Below are positions 13,608 through 26,330 of a stretch of 64,000 bases of DNA, in pieces (the stretch's first letter is position 1; each line of letters opens with the position of its first letter). The stretch is taken from the NCBI RefSeq assembly GCF_006345805.1, contig NC_043003.1, positions 74,028,001 to 74,092,000 of the forward strand, read 5' to 3'. Both the position numbers and the translations under genes were made by a program. Below the pieces are notes generated by a model. It saw nothing but the letters and a program-made list of their open reading frames with translations. It searched no databases and was not told the DNA's origin. This DNA is from Octopus sinensis (taxonomy: Eukaryota).

Positions 13608-14775
13608 CAGACATTTATAGACACACATATGTATACACACACACACACAAACACACACACAAAACATCCAGCATCAAGTGGACTAATGCTGCCCACGCGC
13701 ATGCGTAGATGCACGCGTATATATATATATGTATATATTTATATATAAGTACATATAAATGAATATGTGTGCATATGTGTGCATGCGCGTGTATATGTGC
13801 GTGCGAACACGTGCATGTCCCTTCATATGTGTGTGTATGCGTGCTCATGTACAGAATCATCCGGTCGCATCAACACATACATGCAGGCAAAATCGTATGA
13901 CTGCGTCTACGCGCCCACACGTACAAACAAATACTTGCACATACTACCCCTTCCTATTTCCCAGCCAACAATCTAACCGATTTCCTGACCACCAATGTTT
14001 ATTGGTAAATCACGAATTTACCTTGCACTAGTATGTTCCTCTAATGACTTGTATCTTTAGGTCCCAACCCTCTCCTTTTCTTCCTCTCTTCTAGAAAATC
14101 CAGCTTACTCCTTTTTCTTCGCCTAACAATTTCACTTTTAAAAATGCTTCCTTTTACTTATCTTTTATTCTGTTGGAATGTATATACTTGGGTGCGACAA
14201 TATATTCTACTTATTTACCGCTGACAATAAATGACCCGAACTTAATATTCACAGCGACCTTCCCGTGTTGGCTTCAATCTAATCAAAATTCACTTCGTTC
14301 TTTCTCCCATTTTCTTCATTCTTGACAACCTTACACAATTTCCCACTCCCGTATTATATTTCTTCATGCACGTGGTTTTCTATTTTTCTCTATTTCTTTT
14401 CTCTCCGTTGTTCGGGCTTCATTTTAAATTACGTCTCCTCAGAGTTAACTTGGGACCCCTTGACAATGTAATTTTCAAAATGAAGACTACATTGATACAA
14501 AGATATCTTCAGCCTAATGAGTAGCTAGTGGAGCATCTCCTATTGAGTAATTATTACTTCCGAGGTCCTACTGTCTAGCATGCATGTGTAGCCTGGATTT
14601 TACCACCTGCTTTCCACAATATGGATGCTTTTTTGCATTTAGACTAACACAAGATGCTAACTGTGAATCATAAAATAACTACTACAGCTTATCGAACTTC
14701 GATATGGGAAAAATCCGACCTCCTACGCCAATAAACTGTTATTGTTCCTGGAAGCTATTTCCATAAATCTATATC

Positions 14776-15130
<355 letters not shown>

Positions 15131-15164
15131 GAAATATATAAATTACTATCTGTCCATCTATCTA

Positions 15165-16185
15165 TATCTACGTATCGGGCAAATAGGACTCCGCTTGGTT
15201 CGCGGAACACCTCCAAGACATCCGACTCGGCAATGACATCTCGGTCTGGCGCCATTTCCGCTTTACCGGTCACTCTTTGCAACATATTTCCCTGTTCGGA
15301 TTGTCCTTGCTCAGGGGCCATCCGGACTACCGTCTGCGCAGTGAACAGGCATTAATTTTCTCTCTTCCGTCCTTTGCACCACATGGGCTCAACTCTCCTC
15401 TCCTCGCCTCTCTCACCTCCATCCTGACATCCATCGCTCCTCTCTTGCTCAGACTCCTAATTCTTCTCTTCTCTCCTACTCTCCTTCTGTCATCTTTTAA
15501 CTCCTAACCACCTTCTCCTTCCTCCCTTCATCGTCATCCCTCCCACGTAAGCCCACACCACACCTACACATTCCAATACCACCTTCCCTATCTTTCTCCA
15601 CACCACCCCACTTCATCCCTTTTAACCACTCCCACACACCGTACACCTTTACCCCACACCCTCAGCCTAACCTACACTCCACTCTTGTTTCCTCACTCCA
15701 GCCCCTCTGAACTCCCAACACCATCACACCATACCACACACCACTACCCCGTACACCACCATACCACACAACACATCACATCACAACACACCACACACAC
15801 ATCAGCACTGACCACTTCCCAGACCCAGATTTCCACACCTACACATACACACACGCACACGTCAAGATCACCAGCCCTCTTCCACAAGCACATACACACT
15901 CTCATATATACACGCACTCGCACCTTCGTTTTGGGATCACCACCACTTTATTGTCTCCTCTTCTCCATAGCTCTCCTGTATGACGCTTCTGGTCGGCCTT
16001 TGCCATGGTAGATCACTAGCCACTACATATCCTATATTTTTCTGCTTGTTTCTTTCTATGTTCCTACCTGTGGAAGAGCGCAGGCTCGAAACGTTAAAGA
16101 CTTTTTCACTTTCCGAGCGTTATATGTTTCAAAAGGAAAATACAAACTACACTTGGAAATGGTATGGGGACAGTAAAGTAACGAT
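15165..16185 (+). mobile_element. 3' part of a Penelope-like element: GIY-YIG remnant, low-complexity spacer and terminal repeat
   Basis: Frameshifted reading YIGQ...EHLQDIRLGNDISVWRHFRFTGHSLQHISLFGLSLLRGHPDYRLRSEQALIFSL..FAPHGLN matches the PLE GIY-YIG C-terminus. It is followed by an HHR-like terminal repeat also seen at 32383 and 62750. Confidence 0.8.
16064..16099 (+). ncRNA. Variant/decayed minimal hammerhead motif
   Basis: CTGTGGA-A-GAGC-gcag-GCTC-GAA-ACGT-T-AAAG. Non-canonical A6 to U change; helix I 5' strand eroded. Confidence 0.45.
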
Positions 16186-16216
16186 ACATATATATATATA
16201 TATATATATATACACA

Positions 16217-16262
<46 letters not shown>

Positions 16263-17026
16263 ATATATATATGTGTGTGTGTATACAATTAGATGAACTG
16301 AAGTAGAATTAAGAGGAATAAAACCAGTTATGAATTGTTCGAGGGATTCAAAGTCATATCGTTTTCGTCAATTACTCTTCACTGGCTTTGAATGCTGACC
16401 GTTTACCAAACGGTGTTGGTTCTACTAGTCACTGAGTAAAAATACTATGTGCAGGGAGGTAAGTAGTTCTCGATATGACGCAGTTAGGGTAGATATAATG
16501 TTGAAATAATACTCCGAGTCTACGATCTCCAGGTCTCCAAGATTTCATACAAATTACTTGTTATTTTGTGCGGGTACAAACCCCACACAACATGCAAACA
16601 ATTCGCCCCTAACGGGGAAACAACAGGTAGGTCAAGCCTGTACAGGCGAACAATGTGTCTAAAGACACTAACGATTTTTAAGCACGAGGCACTATCAAAG
16701 GGAACTGCCGAAACAAAATGACGTCAAATAATAAATAACCAGCCGCATCTCGAAGTAACGCATATGACACACGTCCCCGACTGTTCTGCGCCTGCTCATT
16801 TATACTAACTAGTATAGTTCACTTAGGCAATCACGGGTGAGTTCAGATTCCCCATACAACATTTTAAAAATATACTGTAGAATTCGCCTAATTAGTAATC
16901 CCTAGGTGAAGTGATGATTTAGGTGAAGTAATGAATTAGCCAAAAGCAAATTAGGTTAATTCTACTGTATTAATGCAAACTAATAAATTTTACTTTTGAT
17001 TTATTTGTCAGATTAATTTTTTTTAA

Positions 17027-17134
17027 TGTGGAACAAATGAGTGAGCATAATATGGAACAAATGAGTGAGCATAACGTGGAACAAATGAGGGAGCATAATG
17101 TGGGACCAATGAGTGAACAAATGAGGGAGCATAA
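17027..17134. repeat. 24-bp minisatellite, about 4.5 units
   Basis: (t/c)(g/a)tggaacaaatgag(t/g)gagcataa head to tail, no spacers. Confidence 0.9.
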
Positions 17135-18779
17135 ACGGGCGTGGCTTTAAAATGTTGTATGTTGTGTAACGTTTTTTGTGCGGGTAGTGGTATGAGAGGG
17201 AGTTAGAGACACAATATGCCTTTTACGCTGTTTCCGGGTACAAGTGTGAAACATCCCTCTCCTGGTTGAAAAACTACAGTGTCGTCACCAGTAGGGATGG
17301 TTTTATCCGTGGGTGGAGGTGTGGGTACAATTGTGGTAATTGCATTTCTGTTGTCTTTTCTCCTTTTTCTGTGTTTGCATTAGTCGTCGAGAGGGGCATT
17401 TCTGTGATGGAATGACCACACTTTGCTCATAAGTGGGCCTTCTGACCACATTTTAAAGAACCTGGTTTCTGAACCTCGACTTGAACTTAGTACTACTTGA
17501 CTTAGTACTACTTCATCGCCTATGGGCAGAGGATCGGGGATCTCTTCCAGGACCGTCTGTATTTGATACCATTTAATGACCATCCTACAGCAACCAATTG
17601 CAATATTATTTACAACTTCATATTTCATTGTTTATACTTGATACAACTAAATAAAATGATTATTTGAATAGTATATTTCAAAAGACATTATTTAAAAAGA
17701 AAATTGATTAAATCTAATTTTGATTATTTTTGTACTATGATTTTTAAGGATTTACTTATTTTAGATTCTCATAATAAATGAAATAAATTATCTCAAGTTT
17801 ACCTAATATAATGTAGAATTTTTAGGATAATGAGAAATGTAATTATAATTGTAAAAAAAAATATTACATCCTATATGTTCAATGTATATAAAAAAATTTA
17901 TATTGAAATAAAGTGCATAATACGAATGCGCTAAAAAAGTAAGTGCGCATGTTCCTTATGAAAAATAATTTTCTATATAATAGTGAATATTGACGTAATA
18001 CTAATTTCATTATAAAATCAGGAAATAAATGAGCTAAATCTATGTGTAGTAAGAAGAGCTAGAAAGAAGAGGTCAAAAATATATAAACTATGTAGTAAGA
18101 AGAAAATCTGATCATATAAATAGTAAAGCAATGGCTAGCATAATTTTTAAAAATACAAAAATAGCCAGGAAGTACCACCTGCCCTTGTTAGGGCAAAGGT
18201 AGTTTGTTAGTCGAAATTCATGCAAAATAAAGCCTACAATTCCGGTACTGTTCTTGTCAACTTGGTTGAAAATAAAACATGTTTAATCCTGCTACTCTGG
18301 AAATCCAATCATTCTATCTGAAAGCAAAAGCCCTGTCAATTTATCCAAGAAATAAGAATCTAAATTCCGTTACTCTTAATAATGAATTAAAGTTTAAGAG
18401 CAAATAAAAAAAACACATTATGAAGAATAAAGAAGTTCTCACACCTTTGGTCGCCGTAATGCTTTCCTTTCGTTTGTTTAATAAAACTTCCTACTCGTAT
18501 AATGATATTGCTTTCATTTTGTGATTGACAACTGTCATGCAGAAAATGTCAGCTTCTTAATCCTGTCTTCTTAGTAGGTGAAAAGGATTAAAATTTAAAC
18601 GTCAGTAACATTTTTCTGCAATATGTATGTGTGTCTGTATTTATGTATGTATGTACGCATGTATGTATGTATGGTTGTACGTATGTAAAAATATATTTAT
18701 TACAATATATTGTATTCACGTAATGACAGAATCGTTAAATATTCAAACAAAATTGATGTATTCCAACTCTTTAATTTCA

Positions 18780-19010
18780 GAGTTCAAATAACGCCGCATC
18801 CAACGTTAACACATTGGGCGAAATGCCTAGCGGTATCAAGTCAGTCTTTACGTTCTTTTTTAAATTCTGCCGAGGTCGACATTGCCTTTCATCCTTTTGG
18901 TGTTGATAAATTAAGTACTAGTTGCATACTGGGGTTGATCTAATCGACTGGCTCCACCCCACAAAATTTCGGGCCTTGTGCCTAGAGTAGAAAAGAATAT
19001 AGTATATTCT
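18780..19010 (+). mobile_element. tRNA-derived SINE
   Basis: gggcgaaatgcctagcggt...aaattctgccgaggtcgacattgcctttcatcc...gggccttgtgcctagagtagaaaag. Confidence 0.85.
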
Positions 19011-19069
19011 ATGAAGTAGATCTTTGCAAGATAAGCAAACACTGAAATAAATCAAAGATTTTGCAATAT

Positions 19070-19290
19070 CGGTTTCTAACGTTAGCCGAAGGCCATCAGA
19101 TCCGGAGGAGAGGGAAGTTGGTTACAATGACTTCAATGCTCAGCTGATACTCATTTTGTCGAATACCAAAAAGAAAAAAAAAACAAATCGACCTTCGCGG
19201 AATTAGAACTCAGAATGGAGAGACCGACGAAGTGCCGGGAAGTTTTCACCCTGAGTGTTATCCACTCTGCCAGCTCATCGTCTTAGTACT
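19070..19290 (-). mobile_element. SINE of the same family, inverted
   Basis: Reverse complement gives ...ctggcagagtgg...ctgagttctaattccgcgaaggtcga. Confidence 0.7.
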
Positions 19291-20539
19291 GCAATATATA
19301 ATAATGTTACTTGAAAATGGTCTTCCTTAATTTTGGCACATTTTCTGACGTAATAACTTTTGTTGTACTTTTGAATATTTTTTTTAACGCTAAGCACCGC
19401 AACATTCGTCTTGATGAGTTCTATCATATGAGCTAAAAAAAAAAATTATTACGCAAAAAGTTAATGCTTAAGTTTTGAATTTGCTTTAAGGCGTTACCAC
19501 AGTTTTCGGCACATGTGAACCCAGTAGATTTTTATCTATATTTTTTTCAGATGATTAGCATCATGGGATTCCTGTAGTCGAGATCTATCAGAACAGTTAA
19601 ATTTCCATATAGCTTTCTCTTGAAAGAAGAATAATACTTGGAGTCAAATTCGATGCCAGGCGTTGATCCCCATTTTTTCACCGTTTTACTTATTTTGTAC
19701 TAAATATTTTTGCATGTAACTTGTATGGATAGATTTCAGTTGTCGAGATCTGCAATATAAGCTAAAATAAAATACAGAACTATTATAAACAAAAATATTT
19801 GGACTTAAAGTCGATTTTAGGTGTCATTCTTCCGTTTGTGACCTCACATATTTACCTGAAACTTCTTCTACTGAAGCAATGTTCAGATTTATTCGCTCGA
19901 AATGTAGTTTACGATGTAACGAATCTAAAAATGTAAACATCATCTAATTTAATTAAAAAAGCCGAGTCAGTGACAACGCTTACAATTTGTCGTGAGTGAG
20001 TAAATGTTGACCTTAAGAATATCATTCACAAACTACCGTGTGTGAATGATATATCTTTTGATTAAATTAGCACCACGAAACTATCTTTGATGAGTTCTAT
20101 CATGTGAGCCAAACAAAAACAAAATTTCAGGTTTTGAATTTGATTTTAGGCGTTACCACTATTTGCGTAGGTACATACCTTAATACATAGTAAACACGCA
20201 GACAGGCACGTATACGTGTATATAGAAATACAACCCGGCACATGGACGCATGGATAAATAGAAAGGGAGAGAGAGACAGTTCACTGAATTATTATTATTA
20301 TTTCACTGTCCTGAATCTGGAAATGCCTATTTGGCGTGGTGGGAACATCCACGGTTTTTTCCAGCATGCTTGTTCACCAAGTTTTCGTTACATAACAGGA
20401 TGCACAAGGCTTCGTAAAGGCACAGTTCACATACACTTGATAGTGTATAATATGGGTCTGCATTTTTCATTATTAACTATTCTGTTTCATATTTTATTTT
20501 CCTTCTTTTAATATCTATATTAGTTCCGCTAATGGTGTT

Positions 20540-21830
20540 GCGTGGCACCGGCTTATCTTTCAGAATGAAGAGTTGTGATTGCGATAACGGGCCTTAAATT
20601 GGTCTTTGTATGCATCTATATATATTTTTCTTGTTTTTGTGCATGTAGTACTCCATGTTTTTGGATGTGGCATACGATACTTTCACCGCGTGCTTGTTGA
20701 AGTTACGATGGTAATTATGCGTTATAGGGAAGCACCTATCAAACGCGGCAAAGAATTGTTTACCTATCTTTAATAGTATTTGAAATCCGAAAACTGGATT
20801 ATGCGATTGGACCTCTGAATTTTTGCATTTTCTTTCCGATTCCTTGAGCCGATTTTGTGTATATTTGGCATTTTCTGTCCTTCCTGTAGTTATTGTTATT
20901 CTTTTGGATCTTGTTTATTTTCTATGTTTCCAATTGTGCCTTGGATTTTTGTGTTTTTATGCGTTTCTTGTTGCTTCATGTTCAATGTTTCCTATTTTTG
21001 GTGCGTAGTTGTTAGTATCATTTAGGGTATCGCCAGGTGTGAACATCATCTTTTCCTTATGCTCGGTCCCGGATAGTGCTTCATTGTAGTAAGTTCCATG
21101 TAAGTTGAATACTCTCTCGTTGGTTGATAGGCGAATTATTTTTGTGGCTATGTTCCTAACTATTCCTTTGGTCATGGATGGCGGATAATTGGCCGTCAAA
21201 TTTGTGTATCTAAGACACTCCTTCCTTTTGTGGTACGGTTCGTATACCTCTGTTTCTAAGGTAATTTACCTTACGGTAATTAATGTCTTTGGTTATAAGA
21301 TAGGCCGAAAATTTAAAATAATTACTGTGTTTTTTCCCTTTAGCTTTCCATTTCTACTTTCGTATAATTATCTATTACGAAAAGAACATCGTCTCCGTAC
21401 AGAATTTCCGCTATTTGTGGAAATGACGTTTTGGTGTAGAATAAAATATAAATTCTTACGATATCCGTGACATGTTTTGAGTCGCTCGATCACATTGGTA
21501 CATCGAATGAATTCGTGCAATCTGATCTCGTGTCTAGTTTGTTGCAATTAGTAACGGTTTCTCGTGCTGTTAGTATCATGTCTACATTTGACTTACATAA
21601 GCTAGAATTGTTAATTGCAAATATGACTGCTTTATTGAGTATTATAGAGATAATTGTTGAGAAGTAGCTAACTATATCTAACTGTATAAATTTGGAGCAT
21701 TTTGCTCAAGCTTAATGCTGAGTTCGAGCAATTATTTTATCTATGATGTCTTTGCTTATGTCTGATTTTCATACACACATTAGCAGGACTTTAGGGTCGC
21801 TATCAAATTTATTTTTGTGGTCTTTAAGGT
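20540..21830 (-). mobile_element. Penelope-like element remnant (RT thumb region and GIY-YIG start)
   Basis: ANYPPSMTKGIVRNIATKIIRLSTNERVFN...YYNEAL resembles the PLE H-PP...RIS.LSS...F...Y..AL segment. KVSYA and FKARYRNHNSSF follow downstream. Confidence 0.8.
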
Positions 21831-21877
21831 TTATCCTACATTCTCCTGGGACATATCGTCCATCTCTAGTTTGATAC

Positions 21878-22025
<148 letters not shown>

Positions 22026-22439
22026 TTATACATATATGTGTGTGTGTATGTGTGCGTATATGTATTTATATATGTATGTATAGAATTGAATATTAGTTTG
22101 TATCTATGTATGCATATATTCACAGATATATGTAATTCATATAGATGCATGTATAACTGTACAAATTATCTGTGTGTGTGTGTATGTGTGTGTTTGCCTC
22201 TGTATGTATATATATGTGTGTTCGTAGGTGTCCATGTGTATGAACGTTGAAATCTGAAAGTTACAATGCATGCCATGTGAAGAGAATGCTTTGACTTAGT
22301 AAATTATTTCACAGTCCGAACTTACACTCCATGCGGCTTGGCAACAACTCTCACATACCTGCATATGCTATCATGTGGCACACGGGGCGTGATACACATA
22401 GAGTTGAAATGCGAATGATGTGTTTGTAATTTTTTGCTA

Positions 22440-22870
22440 ACTTGACCAAGAATACCAGCGAAAGATACTGTAACTGAGGACCTTACTAGCTTCTGTCCTC
22501 TAAATAGTAGATGTCTGCCAATATCTTCGGCTGTAACGGAGCAACAAAGATGTACTCCGGAATAACGGACAACTTGTTTAAGAGCAGATACATAGAACAT
22601 CTGGCATTATTCAGGGACAAAAATGGGACACACGATATCCGTAACCGGTATGGTAAGAGATTGAAAAGAGAAGGAATAAGCAACACTCAGATAACATGGA
22701 GTGTCATTGCTAAAGCCAGAAAATATAAGTCACTTGGTAACAAATGTAAGCTGATCATCATCCAAGAAAAAGATAACACCGTAAATATAAGGGGTGAAAT
22801 CTTCTTTCCCTTTAAGCGTAATCATTATTTTACATTTCCACCATTCACTCCGTCATTCCTACCAGGATAG
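22440..22870 (+). mobile_element. PLE GIY-YIG endonuclease remnant
   Basis: FCPLNSRCL...MYSGITDNLFKSRYIEH...ITWSVIAKARKY...KCKL...EK. Confidence 0.8.
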
Positions 22871-23379
22871 GGTTTTTTTTCTCTGAACATGAACATTAAA
22901 CATATACATCATATGAACTATACATATCGAAGACAAATGTCCCGTTGCTGACGTTCCTCAATAGACATACATTCAAATATTATACATACCGTGGATGCCA
23001 CATCATATAGTCAAACTTATTATTAAGTACAATTGTTACCAAATTGAAATCCAAGGGATATAATCAACTAAAGGTTGTTACTTAGGATTTGTCCAACATC
23101 ATTTCTTGATTTTTTTTATCATGAATTAAATATAAAGAACGAGCTTTTTTGTGAATTCGAGTGCTTTTTCATGCTTTATTCAACAACTGAGATGAACAAA
23201 AATTCCTCCATATGGTCTGCTTGAAAATTTAAGATATTTTCCTAACATAAAAGCCGGCAGCCTTAATACACAAGTAAATATCTTTATCCAGTAGTGCGGT
23301 GCTGAACATGCTTTCTCACTCTTCGACATTTATATATATATATATATAGAATGTTCACATTTTTTTGTTTTGAATGCTT

Positions 23380-23720
23380 ACATTTTTCAATATTAAGATA
23401 AGTTGTTTTCTAATATAAAATATGCTCTCCATCATTCCCACAATACCTTTCCATGTATCGCGTAGCCTTGCAAAGCCCCTTTTACAAAATTCACTTACCC
23501 GTGACGATAAATACTCCTCCAGTACTCTGTTGACCTCATCTACATAACTTATATTAGATAGGCTAATGTCCGCCGAATATATTGGGTGGGGCATCGTTTC
23601 CCATTGAAACTGCTCCAGATTTTGGCATATCATCCTCACTGAATGTGGGTGAGCATTATCCTGATGAAGAACAACTTTCCTCTTGAAATCAAAGATGGTA
23701 GTATTTTTTCTGGCGCAGAT
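23380..23720 (-). mobile_element. Mariner transposase C-terminal fragment
   Basis: LEQFQWETMPHPIYSADIS (PHPPYSPDLAP-like) ... EFCKRGFARLRDTWK. Truncated at (TA)n 23729-23749. Confidence 0.85.
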
Positions 23721-23833
23721 GTCGATGAATATATATATATATATATATAAGTGCAGTAATGTTTAGATTCAGTTGCATATGGTACAGTTAAATTTGGCAT
23801 TATCCATATAATTCAAAATAGGGTGATTACAAA

Positions 23834-24043
23834 CAAAAGAAGCAACAAGGATATCCAGAGGTAATGCAGTCCGATCGTTTCATGCGACTCCATTTAATTG
23901 AACAATGAAAAAATTACATCAGTTTTAAAATGTAGAGCAATCTTCAGCTACATAAAAAATATATATTTGCATTGTTTAATGAAATGGAGTCGAATGAAAC
24001 GATCGTACTGCATTACCTCTGGATATCCTTGTTGCTTATTTTG
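23834..24043. repeat. 74-bp inverted repeat
   Basis: 23834-23907 vs 23970-24043, few mismatches, followed by (TA)n(GA)n. Confidence 0.9.
23864..23953 (-). ncRNA. Type I hammerhead motif with U16.1 mutated
   Basis: ATGTAG-CTGAAGA-T-TGC...GCA-T-GAA-ACGATCG(G)-A-CTGCAT. The inverted copy at 23970-24043 keeps the intact GAAACGATCGTA. Confidence 0.7.
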
Positions 24044-24137
<94 letters not shown>

Positions 24138-24159
24138 TAATCTTTTATTCTTTTTTCCT

Positions 24160-24320
24160 GTGATTGATTCAGTTATTCTTTTATTTGTTTCAGTCATTTA
24201 TCTGAAGAGATGCTGGAAACCCGTCTAAAAGGGTTTTAGTCGAGGAACTCGATCACGAGGACTTTGTAAGCATATCGGGCCGTTTTGCCGAACCGCTAAC
24301 TTGCGAAAAGAAAGACGTAA
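24160..24320 (+). mobile_element. SINE 3' fragment
   Basis: ttattctttta...ttttgccgaaccgctaac resembles the SINE-like segment at 52915. Confidence 0.45.
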
Positions 24321-24449
24321 ATTTATAATTACAAATATACATACAAATATACGCACATATAGCTACGCATAGAGATATACAAAAAAATATGTGCGCAAAT
24401 ACATGCTGACATCTATATATAAGAGTATACACACATATACATAGACATG

Positions 24450-24510
<61 letters not shown>

Positions 24511-24522
24511 TTATATATACAC

Positions 24523-24557
<35 letters not shown>

Positions 24558-25609
24558 TACATACTCATATGTATACGCACACACACATACACGCATGTAG
24601 ATGCTTATACCTACCTACAATACATACATACACATCAATATATAGAGCTATATCTACATAATATCGTATATATCCAAACAATTTTTTTTAAAAACTGTCA
24701 GGTGTATATAATATTAAAATGTAAAAGTACAGAAATTGTACATTAATTTGATATAGCATAATTAGATACGTGAGTAAACAATACAAATAAAACTCGGCGA
24801 ACCTCAAGCTTAAATTTCTAAAACAGTCGAAGAATTTCTTAAAAATGAGGTCGAAATGTACACTAGCGTTGCGATGCAAAATAACTATACCGTGTAAAGT
24901 CAAATTCAAATATATTTCTGAAAGTCAAAACATTTTACTCATACAGTATTTTGTCGGTTGACATTTTAAAATATGTGGCATTGAAACCTTGCGTTTGACA
25001 TTTTTAACTTTGCAGGAATTTAAGAGGTAGTGTCTCCGGTTCAAAGCATTTTTATCTTGGAACATGATGAAGAACTTTTCTGAGAGGCAAAGATTACATT
25101 CCACAGGTATTTTATAAGATCCATGTCTGTCTGTATGCTGACGTTTTTTATAGAAATATCCAGTTTACATCAAAATGACTTTGCCAGGGTGGTCATTCGC
25201 CCGCTGACATTTGTTGACGATGCATCGAAGAAACCAAAGAACAAATTGCCAAAAGAAAAAAAAAAGCACTCAACACCAGTGCTGAAGACACCTACTAAAT
25301 TGTAGATATATATAAAGATAGCTGGATAGATAGATAGAAAGATAGATTGATTGATAATCATCTACTTTCATTTCTACTTGTCTCCTGTCACCTTTAAACA
25401 GCGAGCATTGATTTGTTTACGAACCTGTCATCTGGTGGTTTGGCATATATGAATGATAATATAAATACCAGCACTACAAAATAAGCACCGTGGGCGATTT
25501 CTTTCACTAAAATACCTAAAAGCGTTGAGCCATCATGCCTGTACTCCCATACTGAAATGAAGCAAAAGACAAAGATAGAAGAACATTATTCTATATACAA
25601 CCCCCTCAA

Positions 25610-25668
<59 letters not shown>

Positions 25669-25745
25669 TGTGTATGTGTTTGTATACATGAATGTATATA
25701 TATATATATATTTATATATGTATATGTATATATATATATATTTTT

Positions 25746-25789
<44 letters not shown>

Positions 25790-26290
25790 TATATATATAT
25801 ACAGAGGAAGAAACTGTGCAGAGAAATATATTAATCGAGAAGGAGTATCATAAGAGATAGAGAGATGGAAAAAGAAAGAAAGAGAGGAAGAGGGAAATAG
25901 AGACTGAGTGAGAGAGAGAGTTGAATGATTGAATTCGGATACAGAGTAACCCAAATTTGAAAACTATTAGGAAAATCAATATAAAGTATAAATTTCCCCT
26001 AAAACCGAAGCAACGATATTTAAAAAAAATATATATTTTGCGATTTACTACAAAGCTGCCAACATCTGTAGTTATGGTAACATACAGTAGTAAAAGCGTG
26101 CTTAAAACCATATTAAAATATATTTGTAATAAGGAAACCGTACAATTTACGTATTTGAATAATGCATAGACATACAAATATACACTGAAGTAAGACCATT
26201 ACAAACACATGCATATAGACAGGCATATGCTTGCGTATATAAGCATATATACAAATGTACTGATATGTATTCAAGTCGTATGCATATATA

Positions 26291-26330
<40 letters not shown>

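Noticed and set aside
17027-17134. 24-bp repeats as CRISPR
   Set aside because: Head-to-tail with no spacers and no cas genes.
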